From Candidatus Micrarchaeota archaeon (GTDB taxonomy: Archaea; Micrarchaeota; Micrarchaeia; Norongarragalinales; SBBD01): a stretch of DNA of 21,065 bases. Position numbers and translations under genes: made by a program. The notes under the pieces were generated by a model that saw only the letters and a program-made list of their open reading frames with translations, was not told the DNA's origin and searched no databases. The stretch lies in the NCBI GenBank assembly GCA_043806595.1, contig JAZDGU010000006.1:1-21065 (forward strand), read 5' to 3'. Below are positions 1 to 8,097 of this stretch, one piece after another; the stretch's first letter is position 1; every line of letters starts with the position of its first letter.

Positions 1-13
1 GTAGGTGGTATCG

Positions 14-337
14 ATGGCAGTCAAGCTCTCCCAGCTAATGGGAATGGACATTTACACCGACAACGCCCAGTATGTCGGCAAGGTCTTCGACGTTATCCTC
101 GACCTGCAGAAGGGTGAAATCGCCCGACTCACGCTCGAGCCCATCCATGTCACCAGCAAGGAGGAGGCCAAGCGAGTGTTCCGCGAGAAGACGGTGCTCT
201 ACAAGAGCGTGAAGGCAGTCGAGAACATAGTCATCGTCGGCGCGCAGGGTCACATGGGCGGCGAGCTGGACGGCGAGACGCCCGCGGCTCCCGAGCCCAC
301 CAAGCCGATGCCCTACAGCTACCGGTACAAGAAGTAG
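14..337 (+). CDS. PRC-barrel domain protein (possibly related to archaeal CdpB cell-division proteins)
   Basis: LSQLMGMDIYTDNAQYVGKVFDVILDLQKGEI matches the PRC-barrel pattern. A GGTGG SD-like motif precedes ATG 14, so it is preferred over the ORF-track start at 5. Confidence 0.8.
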   Translation: MAVKLSQLMGMDIYTDNAQYVGKVFDVILDLQKGEIARLTLEPIHVTSKEEAKRVFREKTVLYKSVKAVENIVIVGAQGHMGGELDGETPAAPEPTKPMPYSYRYKK

Positions 338-355
338 CCGCGACCTCCAATGCCA

Positions 356-367
356 ATATTTTTATTA
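356..367 (+). promoter_or_regulatory. Putative archaeal TATA box for the surface-protein gene (near-leaderless)
   Basis: AT-rich ATATTTTTATTA about 25 nt upstream of ATG 388 in a GC-rich context. Confidence 0.5.
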
Positions 368-387
368 GCCTCCGGCATATCCGTTGC

Positions 388-3360
388 ATGCGGTATTCGA
401 CTTTCCTGGTTCTTCTCGCCGTGTTCTCCTCCGCAGTCGCCGCGGAGTGGGTGCACTACGGCGGCAGCTTCCTCCGCGAGCGCTCGTCCGTTGCCAGCCC
501 GATCGACGTCGACGTCGTCCGCTGGATGCGTGACTACAACGGCGAGAGCCTGCACAACCTCCCCAACTTCCTAGTCGAGCGCGGGGACTTTTTCTACTCC
601 CAGTCTGGCGAAAGCATCCACCAGTGCCCGCAGACGGGCATATGCCACGACTGGGTGACCAAGTTCGACAAGATGTGCGGGAGCGTCGTCTGGGAGTCGA
701 AGCCGGCAGAAGGGCTGCTCTTCGGGGAAAACCGGATATCCGACCTCCTCGTCATCGGCAACCGCGTTTGGGTGGTCGTTTATAGGTCTACAGCCCCCCC
801 GCAGCCGTACTATCTGGTGGAGATGGACGCCTCTACTGGCGCGAGGCTGAACGCCTACGCGCTTGCAGACGTCGGGGGCTACCTGCACATGCTCACCGAC
901 GGCACGTGGATATATACCGTAAGCGAGGGCACGGTGAACGGCGACCCCGCGATTCTTGCCAAGCGCTTCAACCTGAACACGCGCACGTTCGGCTGGCAGA
1001 AGACCTACCGCAATGATTACGGCGACTGGGCGACCTTGGACCCAGACGCCTTCCCCCTCCTCTACAACAACCAGCTGATATTCATCACCGACCACGGCCA
1101 CGCGGTGATTCCGTACATCGCGTACGGCCCGACGCGCCTGTATGCCTTGAACGTGAACACAGGCGATGCCGGCTGGACGCACGACCTCGACTACCAGCCG
1201 TCGGACGACTCGTGGTCACTCGGGTTGTTTCAGCACCAGGGCATGCTGTTCGTCAACCGCTTCATCTATAGCCCTATTGGGGGAACCCACAAGATTTCGG
1301 CGCATTCGGCCGCCGACGGCTCCCTCGTCTGGGGCCCTCTCGAGCACGTCGCTCCAGTCGGGACCGCGCAGAACGGCGTAATCTACACCGCGGGGACGGC
1401 ATTCGGCGATTCCGCGGGGAGGACCCCGATGAGGGCCTTGAACGCGCTGACCGGCGCGCAGGTCTGGCAGAAGAACCGCGCGTGCTACCACCCGACCTTC
1501 ATCGACGCGGCGACGGACGAGCTCTTGTGCATGACCTCGCCGATGGGAGGGGAAACCGTCTCAATAGTGCGCACAAACCCCGCCAACGGAAATTCCATTG
1601 ATTCGAACACTTTCAGCTTCACCATCGGCTCGCCGGAATGGCGCTGGGAGATGCCGATAATGTTCGAGTCGGGGACGCCGATGACCGTATTCCAGAACGG
1701 CGCGCAGCTCGTCAAGCTCGGCGGCAACGCATACGTTCCAGCCCTCACCTCCATCGTCGTATCCCCGCCCTCCGCCACCGTCTACATCGCTGATACGCAG
1801 CAGTTCACTGCGAAGTGCTACGACCAGTGCGGCATCGAGATGTCCTGCCCCTCGCCGGTGACGTGGTCGGTCCTCAACGGCGCAATCGGTTCCATCACCC
1901 AGGCAGGTCTATTCACCGGCCTTTCCCCGGGCATGACGAAGGTCCGCGCCGCCATCGGAGGCATTTTCGGCGAGGCCGACGTCACCGTGCTGGCGAAGCC
2001 CGCCTGCGCCGTGTGCACGGCCGACTCCCAGTGCTCTTCGGGCCGGTGCCGCACGGTCCTCCTCGGCGCGACAAAGCGCTGCGCGCCGGACGCCACGAGC
2101 TGCGTCGTCGACCTCGCAGCGAACTGCCCGCGGCCGGACGGCTGGGTGGAGTGCATCAATCCTTCGACTTACTACACTTGCCATGTTGGCGTGTGGGACG
2201 GGCCGGATTCCTGCGCTACCAGTTCCCTCGGGTGCAACGTCCCCCCCGAGTCCCCCGCCGAGCATGCAAGCCCGCCCAATTTCTGCGGCTTTGAGCTGCA
2301 GGGATTCTCTTGCTCTCCCGGTATTGGCGGCGGTTGTTCCCCGATTGCGCCATCGTGCACGGACTGCGGGCCCTTCGTGTCCGCATTGACATACCAAAGC
2401 TGCCTTTCAGGGCTTCCCGCGTGCGACACTGGCTGTGGGGCCTTGTGCAATGAGGACTCGGACTGCGCTGCGGGCGCTTGCGTCGGCAATTTTTTCAGGC
2501 CTTATTCGTGCGACGGGCCAACGTGCTCGTGCTCTTACGGCGCGCCAGTTTGCACTGTCGGTGAGTGCGGCGCGGAGTGCGATGCCGGAACACCGTGCGG
2601 GTCCGGGACCTGCGACCTCGCCTCCTGCATCTGCGTTGCCAACACCGCGCCCCATGCCGACGCGGATGCAGCCGGCTTGGGCTATTCGGGGGACCAGTTC
2701 ATTCCGGTCGACCTTGACGGCCGCGTCTGGGACGACGACGCTGGCGACCTTATCGAAGATGCCGGCTGGCACACGCCGAACGCTGACTGCACGATCTCCG
2801 GCCAGGGCTTCATTCCGCCCCTGGGCTCCGCCTCCGACATCCAGACGACGGCGCAGATTACGTGCGATTACGGCGGGGACAAGACCGTCGTCCTCCGGGC
2901 TTTCGACGGGGAACTCTGGGGACAGGGCACCGCGAGCGTCGTGCTCAACGGCCCGACGCCCCCGCCTCCGCCGCCCCCGCCTTCGGCGACCCCGGCAACG
3001 CAGAACGCGAGCATAGTCTTCCTGACGTGCCCGCGCCTGACCTACGCGAACGAAACCAACGTCACGCTGCAGTGCCTGAACGAGAGCCTGCCTTGCGATA
3101 CCGGGGGCATCATGCTTACCGGCGCGCCGAATGATTTCTACGGCTTCGTAGGCTTCGGCGGCTTCATCTACTCCGTTGAGACGGTGCTGGACGGCGAGTA
3201 CCATCTGGTGGCGTATGCGCAGGGCGTCGGCACGGCATCCTGCACGGTCAACCGCGTGGGCTTGAAGGAGGTCTCCGCGCCCGACGTCTCTCCCCTGCTC
3301 GCGGTGCTGCTTGCGCCTCTGGCGCTGCTGCTGGCAAGGAAGATGAAGGGAAGGCGCTAG
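388..3360 (+). CDS. Large secreted, surface-anchored protein: signal peptide, PQQ-like beta-propeller, Ig-like (Big_2) domain, Cys-rich region, PKD/Ig-like domain, Pro-rich linker, C-terminal sorting signal
   Basis: Signal peptide MRYSTFLVLLAVFSSAVAA. Repeated LYALNVNTGDAGW / ALNALTGAQVW propeller motifs. LTSIVVSPPSATVYI..QQFTA..VTWS..GSITQAGLFT is Big_2-like. Dense Cys at ~2005-2640, then PTPPPPPPPPS and N-x-S/T sequons. Tail APDVSP + hydrophobic helix + RKMKGRR. Confidence 0.85.
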   Translation: MRYSTFLVLLAVFSSAVAAEWVHYGGSFLRERSSVASPIDVDVVRWMRDYNGESLHNLPNFLVERGDFFYSQSGESIHQCPQTGICHDWVTKFDKMCGSVVWESKPAEGLLFGENRISDLLVIGNRVWVVVYRSTAPPQPYYLVEMDASTGARLNAYALADVGGYLHMLTDGTWIYTVSEGTVNGDPAILAKRFNLNTRTFGWQKTYRNDYGDWATLDPDAFPLLYNNQLIFITDHGHAVIPYIAYGPTRLYALNVNTGDAGWTHDLDYQPSDDSWSLGLFQHQGMLFVNRFIYSPIGGTHKISAHSAADGSLVWGPLEHVAPVGTAQNGVIYTAGTAFGDSAGRTPMRALNALTGAQVWQKNRACYHPTFIDAATDELLCMTSPMGGETVSIVRTNPANGNSIDSNTFSFTIGSPEWRWEMPIMFESGTPMTVFQNGAQLVKLGGNAYVPALTSIVVSPPSATVYIADTQQFTAKCYDQCGIEMSCPSPVTWSVLNGAIGSITQAGLFTGLSPGMTKVRAAIGGIFGEADVTVLAKPACAVCTADSQCSSGRCRTVLLGATKRCAPDATSCVVDLAANCPRPDGWVECINPSTYYTCHVGVWDGPDSCATSSLGCNVPPESPAEHASPPNFCGFELQGFSCSPGIGGGCSPIAPSCTDCGPFVSALTYQSCLSGLPACDTGCGALCNEDSDCAAGACVGNFFRPYSCDGPTCSCSYGAPVCTVGECGAECDAGTPCGSGTCDLASCICVANTAPHADADAAGLGYSGDQFIPVDLDGRVWDDDAGDLIEDAGWHTPNADCTISGQGFIPPLGSASDIQTTAQITCDYGGDKTVVLRAFDGELWGQGTASVVLNGPTPPPPPPPPSATPATQNASIVFLTCPRLTYANETNVTLQCLNESLPCDTGGIMLTGAPNDFYGFVGFGGFIYSVETVLDGEYHLVAYAQGVGTASCTVNRVGLKEVSAPDVSPLLAVLLAPLALLLARKMKGRR

Positions 3361-3381
3361 TGAAGGGGTTCCGCTAGGGCG

Positions 3382-3786
3382 TCAGGCTGCCCGCAGTTCG
3401 ATTTTCTTCCGCAGCTCGTTGAGCACGTAGCCGTAGTCCCTGTAGTGCGCGATGGCATAGACGTGGATCGCGTAGTTCTTCGGCTCGGTCCGCTGGGTGC
3501 CGTAGACCTGCACCTTGAGATGCCGGACCTCGCGCGGTCGCAGGGTGCTCAGCCTAATCTCCTTCTGGTGGGAGAGCGCGCTCTGCTCGAAACCGAGCTC
3601 CTTCGGCAGGGTGATTACGACGGAGGACAGCACGTCGGCTTCGCAGGCGTTCTGCAGGTTTATCTCGAGGTCGACGTAGTCGTTCTTGTGCGCCGCGAGG
3701 CGCATCGGGTGCAGCTCCAAGTCCAACACGAAGATTGCGCCGCCGGCGTCGAACTTCTTTTTCCCGAACAATTCGAATATTCCCAT
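3382..3786 (-). CDS. Hypothetical protein, probable Ig-like beta-sandwich
   Basis: Open frame with host-like codon usage and alternating beta-strand pattern. ATG 3786 (MGIFELFGKKK) fits a TATA at 3834-3842 better than the ORF-track start at 3822. Confidence 0.7.
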   Translation of the reverse strand: MGIFELFGKKKFDAGGAIFVLDLELHPMRLAAHKNDYVDLEINLQNACEADVLSSVVITLPKELGFEQSALSHQKEIRLSTLRPREVRHLKVQVYGTQRTEPKNYAIHVYAIAHYRDYGYVLNELRKKIELRAA

Positions 3787-3833
3787 AAGCTTTTTCACTG
3801 CGAGCGTTGAGGCAATAGGCATACCACCTAAAG

Positions 3834-3885
3834 TTATATAAACGTATTTTCAGTGACCGGCGGGGGCATGGGGCATGTTTAAATA
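3834..3885. promoter_or_regulatory. Divergent archaeal promoters (two TATA boxes)
   Basis: TTATATAAA (3834-3842) for the leftward gene and TTTAAATA (3878-3885) about 36 nt before ATG 3921. Confidence 0.6.
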
Positions 3886-3920
3886 ATGCGCAATCCTTGC
3901 TGTTGCTTTAAGGGTTCCGC

Positions 3921-4940
3921 ATGGGAGTCGGCTCGAGCCTCACCATTATCGTCATCAGCCTGCTGGTCCTCGCATACTCGAGCAGCAGGCTCGTCAAGCT
4001 GCTCGTGAACGTCTCCTCCATGCTCAGGTTCCCGAAGTTCCTCCTCAGCTTCGTCATACTCGGGCTTGGCACGTCGCTTCCCGACCTCTTCGTCTCGAGC
4101 TTCGCCGCAGCAGACCTCCAGTTCGATCTCGTCCTGAGCACGATCATCGGCGCGAACATCATCGTGTTGTGCCTCGTGCTCGGGGTCGTCACAGTACGCA
4201 AGGGCTTCTTCGCGGTGCGGGAGAACACTATCCTCGAGAACTTCGGGTGGATATTCTTCGTACTGGTCATACCCTTCTTTCTCCTGCTGGACGGCAAGCT
4301 CACCCAGATGGAGGGCATTATACTCGTCGTGGTCTACGTGATGTACCTCTACAACATCAAGGAGCAGGAGCCGATCGCGAAGAAGGAGGAGGATGAGGCG
4401 CGCCAGATCTACAGCTCGCAGGGCCTGAGGGAGTATAGCAAGGGCAAGACGCTCGTCATGCTCGTGTTCTTCCTCGCAATCTCGCTGCTCGCCTCGAACT
4501 TCATCGTCGACAACGTGCTGATGTTCTCCAAGGATTTCAACGTGCACCCGATGCTCATCGGGTTCGTGATCCTTTCCGTCGGAATGACGTTGCCCGAGTT
4601 CGCGGTCGACCTGAACGCCTTGCGCAACCGCGAGGAGGAGGTCATCTGGGGCGACATCATCGGCAGTTTCATCACCGAGCTTACCCTCGTGCTCGGGTTC
4701 GCGGCGATAGTCTCCGGCGGCATGTCGTTCATGTTCCAGAACTTCGTCGTCAGCTACGGTTTCATGGCCTTCGCGTTCCTGCTCGTATTCTTCTTCGCCT
4801 ACCGCAAGAAGCAGCTGACGCGGAACGAGGGGCTCATGCTCATCCTTCTCTACGTAATATTTATTAGCGTGCAGGTCGACTTGGTGCATGGGCTTTCCGA
4901 CGGGGGCGGCATCGTCTCGGCGCTCGCTCCCGTGAAATGA
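3921..4940 (+). CDS. Sodium:calcium antiporter (CaCA / YrbG family)
   Basis: About 10 hydrophobic segments in two repeats, with alpha-repeat motifs GLGTSLPD..IIGAN and GMTLPE..IIGS. Confidence 0.9.
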   Translation: MGVGSSLTIIVISLLVLAYSSSRLVKLLVNVSSMLRFPKFLLSFVILGLGTSLPDLFVSSFAAADLQFDLVLSTIIGANIIVLCLVLGVVTVRKGFFAVRENTILENFGWIFFVLVIPFFLLLDGKLTQMEGIILVVVYVMYLYNIKEQEPIAKKEEDEARQIYSSQGLREYSKGKTLVMLVFFLAISLLASNFIVDNVLMFSKDFNVHPMLIGFVILSVGMTLPEFAVDLNALRNREEEVIWGDIIGSFITELTLVLGFAAIVSGGMSFMFQNFVVSYGFMAFAFLLVFFFAYRKKQLTRNEGLMLILLYVIFISVQVDLVHGLSDGGGIVSALAPVK

Positions 4941-4950
4941 GGGGGTTTTC

Positions 4951-6180
4951 TTGTACTTGGAGAAACAGGACGAAGAGATAGTGCGCCTGATACGCGCGGA
5001 GACGGACCGCCAGAACGAGGGCCTCGAGCTCATTCCCTCGGAGAATTACGCGAGCAAGGCCGTGCTTGAGGCGATCGGCAACGCCTTCGCGAACAAGTAT
5101 TCCGAGGGATATCCCCACAAGCGCTACTACGGCGGCCAGCAGAACGTCGACGAGCTCGAGGACCTGTGCATTGCCAGGGCCAAGGCGCTCTTCCCCGCCG
5201 AACACGTCAACGTCCAGCCACTCTCCGGCTCGCCCGCCAACCACGCTGTGTTCTTCGCGCTCCTGCAGTACAAGGACAAGTTCATGGGCATGGAGCTCAC
5301 GCAGGGCGGGCACCTCACGCACGGCTCGCCAGTCAACTACAGCGGCATCCAGTACGCACCCGTGAGCTTCGGCGTGGACAAGGAGACGGAAATGCTGGAC
5401 TACGACGCCATCCGCAGGCAGGCGGTTCAGGAAAAACCCAAGCTCATCCTCTCGGGGTTCACGGCATACCCGCGCAAGATCGACTTCAAGGCCTTCCGCG
5501 AGATATGCGACGAGGTCGGGGCGCTCTGCATGGCCGACATCTCGCACATCGCCGGGCTCTGCGTCGGCGGCGAGCACGACAACCCCGCGTCGTACTTCGA
5601 CGTGGTGACGACCACGACCCACAAGACGCTTCGCGGCCCTCGCGGCGCCATCATCTTGTGCAAGGAGCAGTACGCCAAGGCAATCGACAAGGCGGTGTTT
5701 CCCGGCCTTCAGGGAGGGCCGCACGACCACGTGCAGGCGGCGAAGGCCGTCGCTTTCAAGGAGGCCGCGCAGCCGTCGTTCAAGGATTACGCCCGCCAAA
5801 TCGTGAAGAACGCGAGGGCGCTTGCAGACGAGTTGATGTCGCAGGGCTTCCGGCTGGTCTCCGGCGGCACGGACACCCATCTGCTCCTCGTGGACCTCCG
5901 GAGCAAGGACGTCACGGGCAAGGAGGCCGAGGCCGCGCTCGACGCGTGCGGCCTGACCGTGAACAAGAACACGATTCCCTTCGACCCGCGCAAGCCTTTC
6001 GACCCGAGCGGCATCCGCTTGGGCACTCCCGCGGCCACGACCCGCGGCATGAAGGAATCCGAGATGCGGCAGATCGGGGCGTTAATCGCGAAGGCTATAG
6101 CAGCCAAGGATGATGCAGCGGCGAGGCAGAAGATCGGGGCGGAGGTCAAGGAGTTGTGCCTCCGCTTCCCGGTTTACTGA
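4951..6180 (+). CDS. glyA: Serine hydroxymethyltransferase
   Basis: LIPSENY, NKYSEGYP..RYYGG, GGHLTHG, DISHIAGL, TTTTHKTLRGPRG (PLP lysine), SGIRLGTPA. TTG start after a GAGGGGG SD. Confidence 0.98.
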   Translation: MYLEKQDEEIVRLIRAETDRQNEGLELIPSENYASKAVLEAIGNAFANKYSEGYPHKRYYGGQQNVDELEDLCIARAKALFPAEHVNVQPLSGSPANHAVFFALLQYKDKFMGMELTQGGHLTHGSPVNYSGIQYAPVSFGVDKETEMLDYDAIRRQAVQEKPKLILSGFTAYPRKIDFKAFREICDEVGALCMADISHIAGLCVGGEHDNPASYFDVVTTTTHKTLRGPRGAIILCKEQYAKAIDKAVFPGLQGGPHDHVQAAKAVAFKEAAQPSFKDYARQIVKNARALADELMSQGFRLVSGGTDTHLLLVDLRSKDVTGKEAEAALDACGLTVNKNTIPFDPRKPFDPSGIRLGTPAATTRGMKESEMRQIGALIAKAIAAKDDAAARQKIGAEVKELCLRFPVY

Positions 6181-6200
6181 AAAGAAAAATATTTTTTTTA
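6181..6200. terminator. A/T-tract between convergent genes, putative bidirectional archaeal terminator
   Basis: AAAGAAAAATATTTTTTTTA gives T-rich runs on both strands just after the glyA stop. Confidence 0.5.
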
Positions 6201-6217
6201 TAGTGCCAAGACGGGGG

Positions 6218-6313
6218 TTATTCCTCCTCCTTCTCGGCCTTCTCCTCCTCCCAGAGCTCCTCCTCCTCTTCTTTCGGGGCCATCTTCTTCACCTTGGGAC
6301 CGCTTTCAAGCAC
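6218..6313 (-). CDS. Small acidic protein (31 aa, MLESGPKVKKMAPKEEEEELWEEEKAEKEE-like), below the ORF-track cutoff
   Basis: In-frame GTG 6313 (alternatives GTG 6292, ATG 6283) after GGTGGTAGGA. GAG/AAG codons like the host genes, TAA at 6218-6220, upstream TATA-like element at 6434-6441. Confidence 0.5.
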   Translation of the reverse strand: MLESGPKVKKMAPKEEEEELWEEEKAEKEEE

Positions 6314-6477
6314 TCCTACCACCGCGCTGCTCGTAGCACGTACTTCTTCGCGGAAACTGCCCTTTCGTCTTCTCGTTGCACTCGAAGGCCGGTAAACCCA
6401 AAGACTGCCTTGAAGCTGTAGGCGCGGGGAAAGTTAAAATACCTTTCGTCCCGTCCGATTTCGGACAGCTTGTGGCG

Positions 6478-7494
6478 TCAGAAAAACTTCTCGAGCGTGT
6501 CCTGCTTGCTGCCGAGAGGGTCCTTGAAGGCCCTCTTGAGCGCGGCGTCGATGCGGTCCGCGGAGAAGCTGCGCGAGAGCATGTATTCCAGGAGCTTGTC
6601 GCGGTCCGGCGGGCGCATGCGCAGTTCCTCCTTCGCGACGGGCTCGTACGGCGGCTCGAGGAACAGCCCTTCCACGGGGCTGAAGTCGATCTCCCTGCCG
6701 ACGTCCCTGCAAATCGCGCCGAAGTCGTCGTGTTCGCGGACGAGCTTGAGCGCCTTCTTCGCGCCGATTCCCTTGACCCCCTCGTTGAAGTCGGTGCCCG
6801 CCAGGATCCCTATCCAGACCAGTTTCTTCCTCGTGATTCCGAGTCTTTGGAGGTTGGCCTGCAAATCTATTCTTTCGGGCACGACGTCGATGAACGAGTT
6901 CTTTCGCGGGAGCTTCCTCCGGCCCGCAATAGTCAGGTTCTTCACGAGCACGGGCGTGCCGAAGAGGAGCGTGTCGTAGTCCTGTGACGCGGCCGCCTCG
7001 ACGAGCCCCTTTTCGCACATCACCGCGCACTGCGCCTCGCCCTCGCTTGCCGCCTGCACCACGGGCACGCCCATGAGCCACAGCAGGTGCTTCGACTCCT
7101 CGACCATCTCGTTCGTGAGCCTCGAGGTCTGCTGCGCGTACACGCGGATGCCCTCCAAATCGCCCTTCTCGCGCGCGGCGGCGAGCTTCTCCTCGGCCTC
7201 GCGCTTCCTCTCGGCGCGCTGCTCGATGGTGCGCTTCTTCATGTCGCTGGGCTTCCCGTCGAATACGAACACGGGCGTCATTCCCTTGGAGAGGAGGTTG
7301 CCCGTGCGGTAGAACAGGCCGGAAAGGTGCGAGGTTATCCTGCCCTCGGAGTCCATGAGGGGCGTCCCGTCCGCCTGTCGTATGATGCTGAGGAACTGGT
7401 ATATGGTGTTGAATGCATCCACTGCGACCAGCCGAGGCACCTCCTCGAATGAAAGCTCGGTCTTCTCCATGATGTCCGCAATCTGTACGCCCAA
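6478..7494 (-). CDS. fen: Flap endonuclease-1 (archaeal)
   Basis: MGV start, VDAFNTIYQFLSIIRQADGTPLMDSEGRITSHLSGLFYRT, VFDG, SEGEAQ, SQDYD, GTDFN, and C-terminal PIP box KQDTLEKFF. TTG start with GGTGA SD. Confidence 0.98.
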   Translation of the reverse strand: MGVQIADIMEKTELSFEEVPRLVAVDAFNTIYQFLSIIRQADGTPLMDSEGRITSHLSGLFYRTGNLLSKGMTPVFVFDGKPSDMKKRTIEQRAERKREAEEKLAAAREKGDLEGIRVYAQQTSRLTNEMVEESKHLLWLMGVPVVQAASEGEAQCAVMCEKGLVEAAASQDYDTLLFGTPVLVKNLTIAGRRKLPRKNSFIDVVPERIDLQANLQRLGITRKKLVWIGILAGTDFNEGVKGIGAKKALKLVREHDDFGAICRDVGREIDFSPVEGLFLEPPYEPVAKEELRMRPPDRDKLLEYMLSRSFSADRIDAALKRAFKDPLGSKQDTLEKFF

Positions 7495-7512
7495 GGGGGT
7501 GTTTCACCGTAT

Positions 7513-7534
7513 GAAAGTCGTTTAAAGCTTTCCC
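7513..7534. promoter_or_regulatory. Palindromic TATA box with BRE-like elements on both sides (fen / mbf1 divergent promoter)
   Basis: GAAAGTCG-TTTAAA-GCTTTCCC: TTTAAA at 7521-7526 is preceded by GAAAG on each strand. Confidence 0.55.
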
Positions 7535-7585
7535 GCGCTACTCTTATTAATCCGTTTCGTGCACGAGAGTGGGGGGGATGTAGCA

Positions 7586-8086
7586 ATGGTCGACGAGTGC
7601 CACGTCTGCGGCAGACCGGCTTCCGGAAGGGGCGTAGTCGAGGGCGTGACCGTCTGGCTCTGCAGGTCCTGCATGTCCTTAGGCATGCCGGTTTCCGGGC
7701 CTCAGACGACCGGAACGGCCTCCAATTTCCAGCCGGCGAAGGCGTTCGCAAAGCCCGCCTACACCGCCCCCAGGCCTCAATTGAAGCCCAAGGAGCATTC
7801 CATAGTCGAGGATTATGCGGCTGCAATCACGCACGCGCGCGAAAAGCTCGGCCTCACGCGAAAGCAGTTGGCCAACCAGCTCTTCATCATGGAGAACGTG
7901 CTCGAGCGCATCGAGCACGGCCACCTCACGCCCGACCTGAAGACCGCGCAGAAGCTGGAGAAGGCGTTGGGCATCAGGCTCGTGGTCGAGGACTCCGGGA
8001 AGGAAGAGAAGAAGGATTCGCCCGCGCCGGCTGCAGGTTTCGGCGGGGTCTCCATGGCCGACGTCGTCGACGTCAAGGTGAAGTGA
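7586..8086 (+). CDS. mbf1: Archaeal multiprotein bridging factor aMBF1 (Zn-ribbon + HTH, TIGR00270-like)
   Basis: ECHVCGR..LCRSC Zn-ribbon, IVEDYAAAITHAREKLGLTRKQLA..IEHGHLTPD..KLEKALGIRL HTH, and C-terminal SMADVV. G-rich SD before ATG 7586. Confidence 0.92.
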   Translation: MVDECHVCGRPASGRGVVEGVTVWLCRSCMSLGMPVSGPQTTGTASNFQPAKAFAKPAYTAPRPQLKPKEHSIVEDYAAAITHAREKLGLTRKQLANQLFIMENVLERIEHGHLTPDLKTAQKLEKALGIRLVVEDSGKEEKKDSPAPAAGFGGVSMADVVDVKVK

Positions 8087-8097
8087 CCGAACGGCCG

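Noticed and set aside
2953..2983. CCG-rich microsatellite or contingency locus
   Set aside because: It encodes a poly-proline linker with mixed synonymous codons, not a pure slippage tract.
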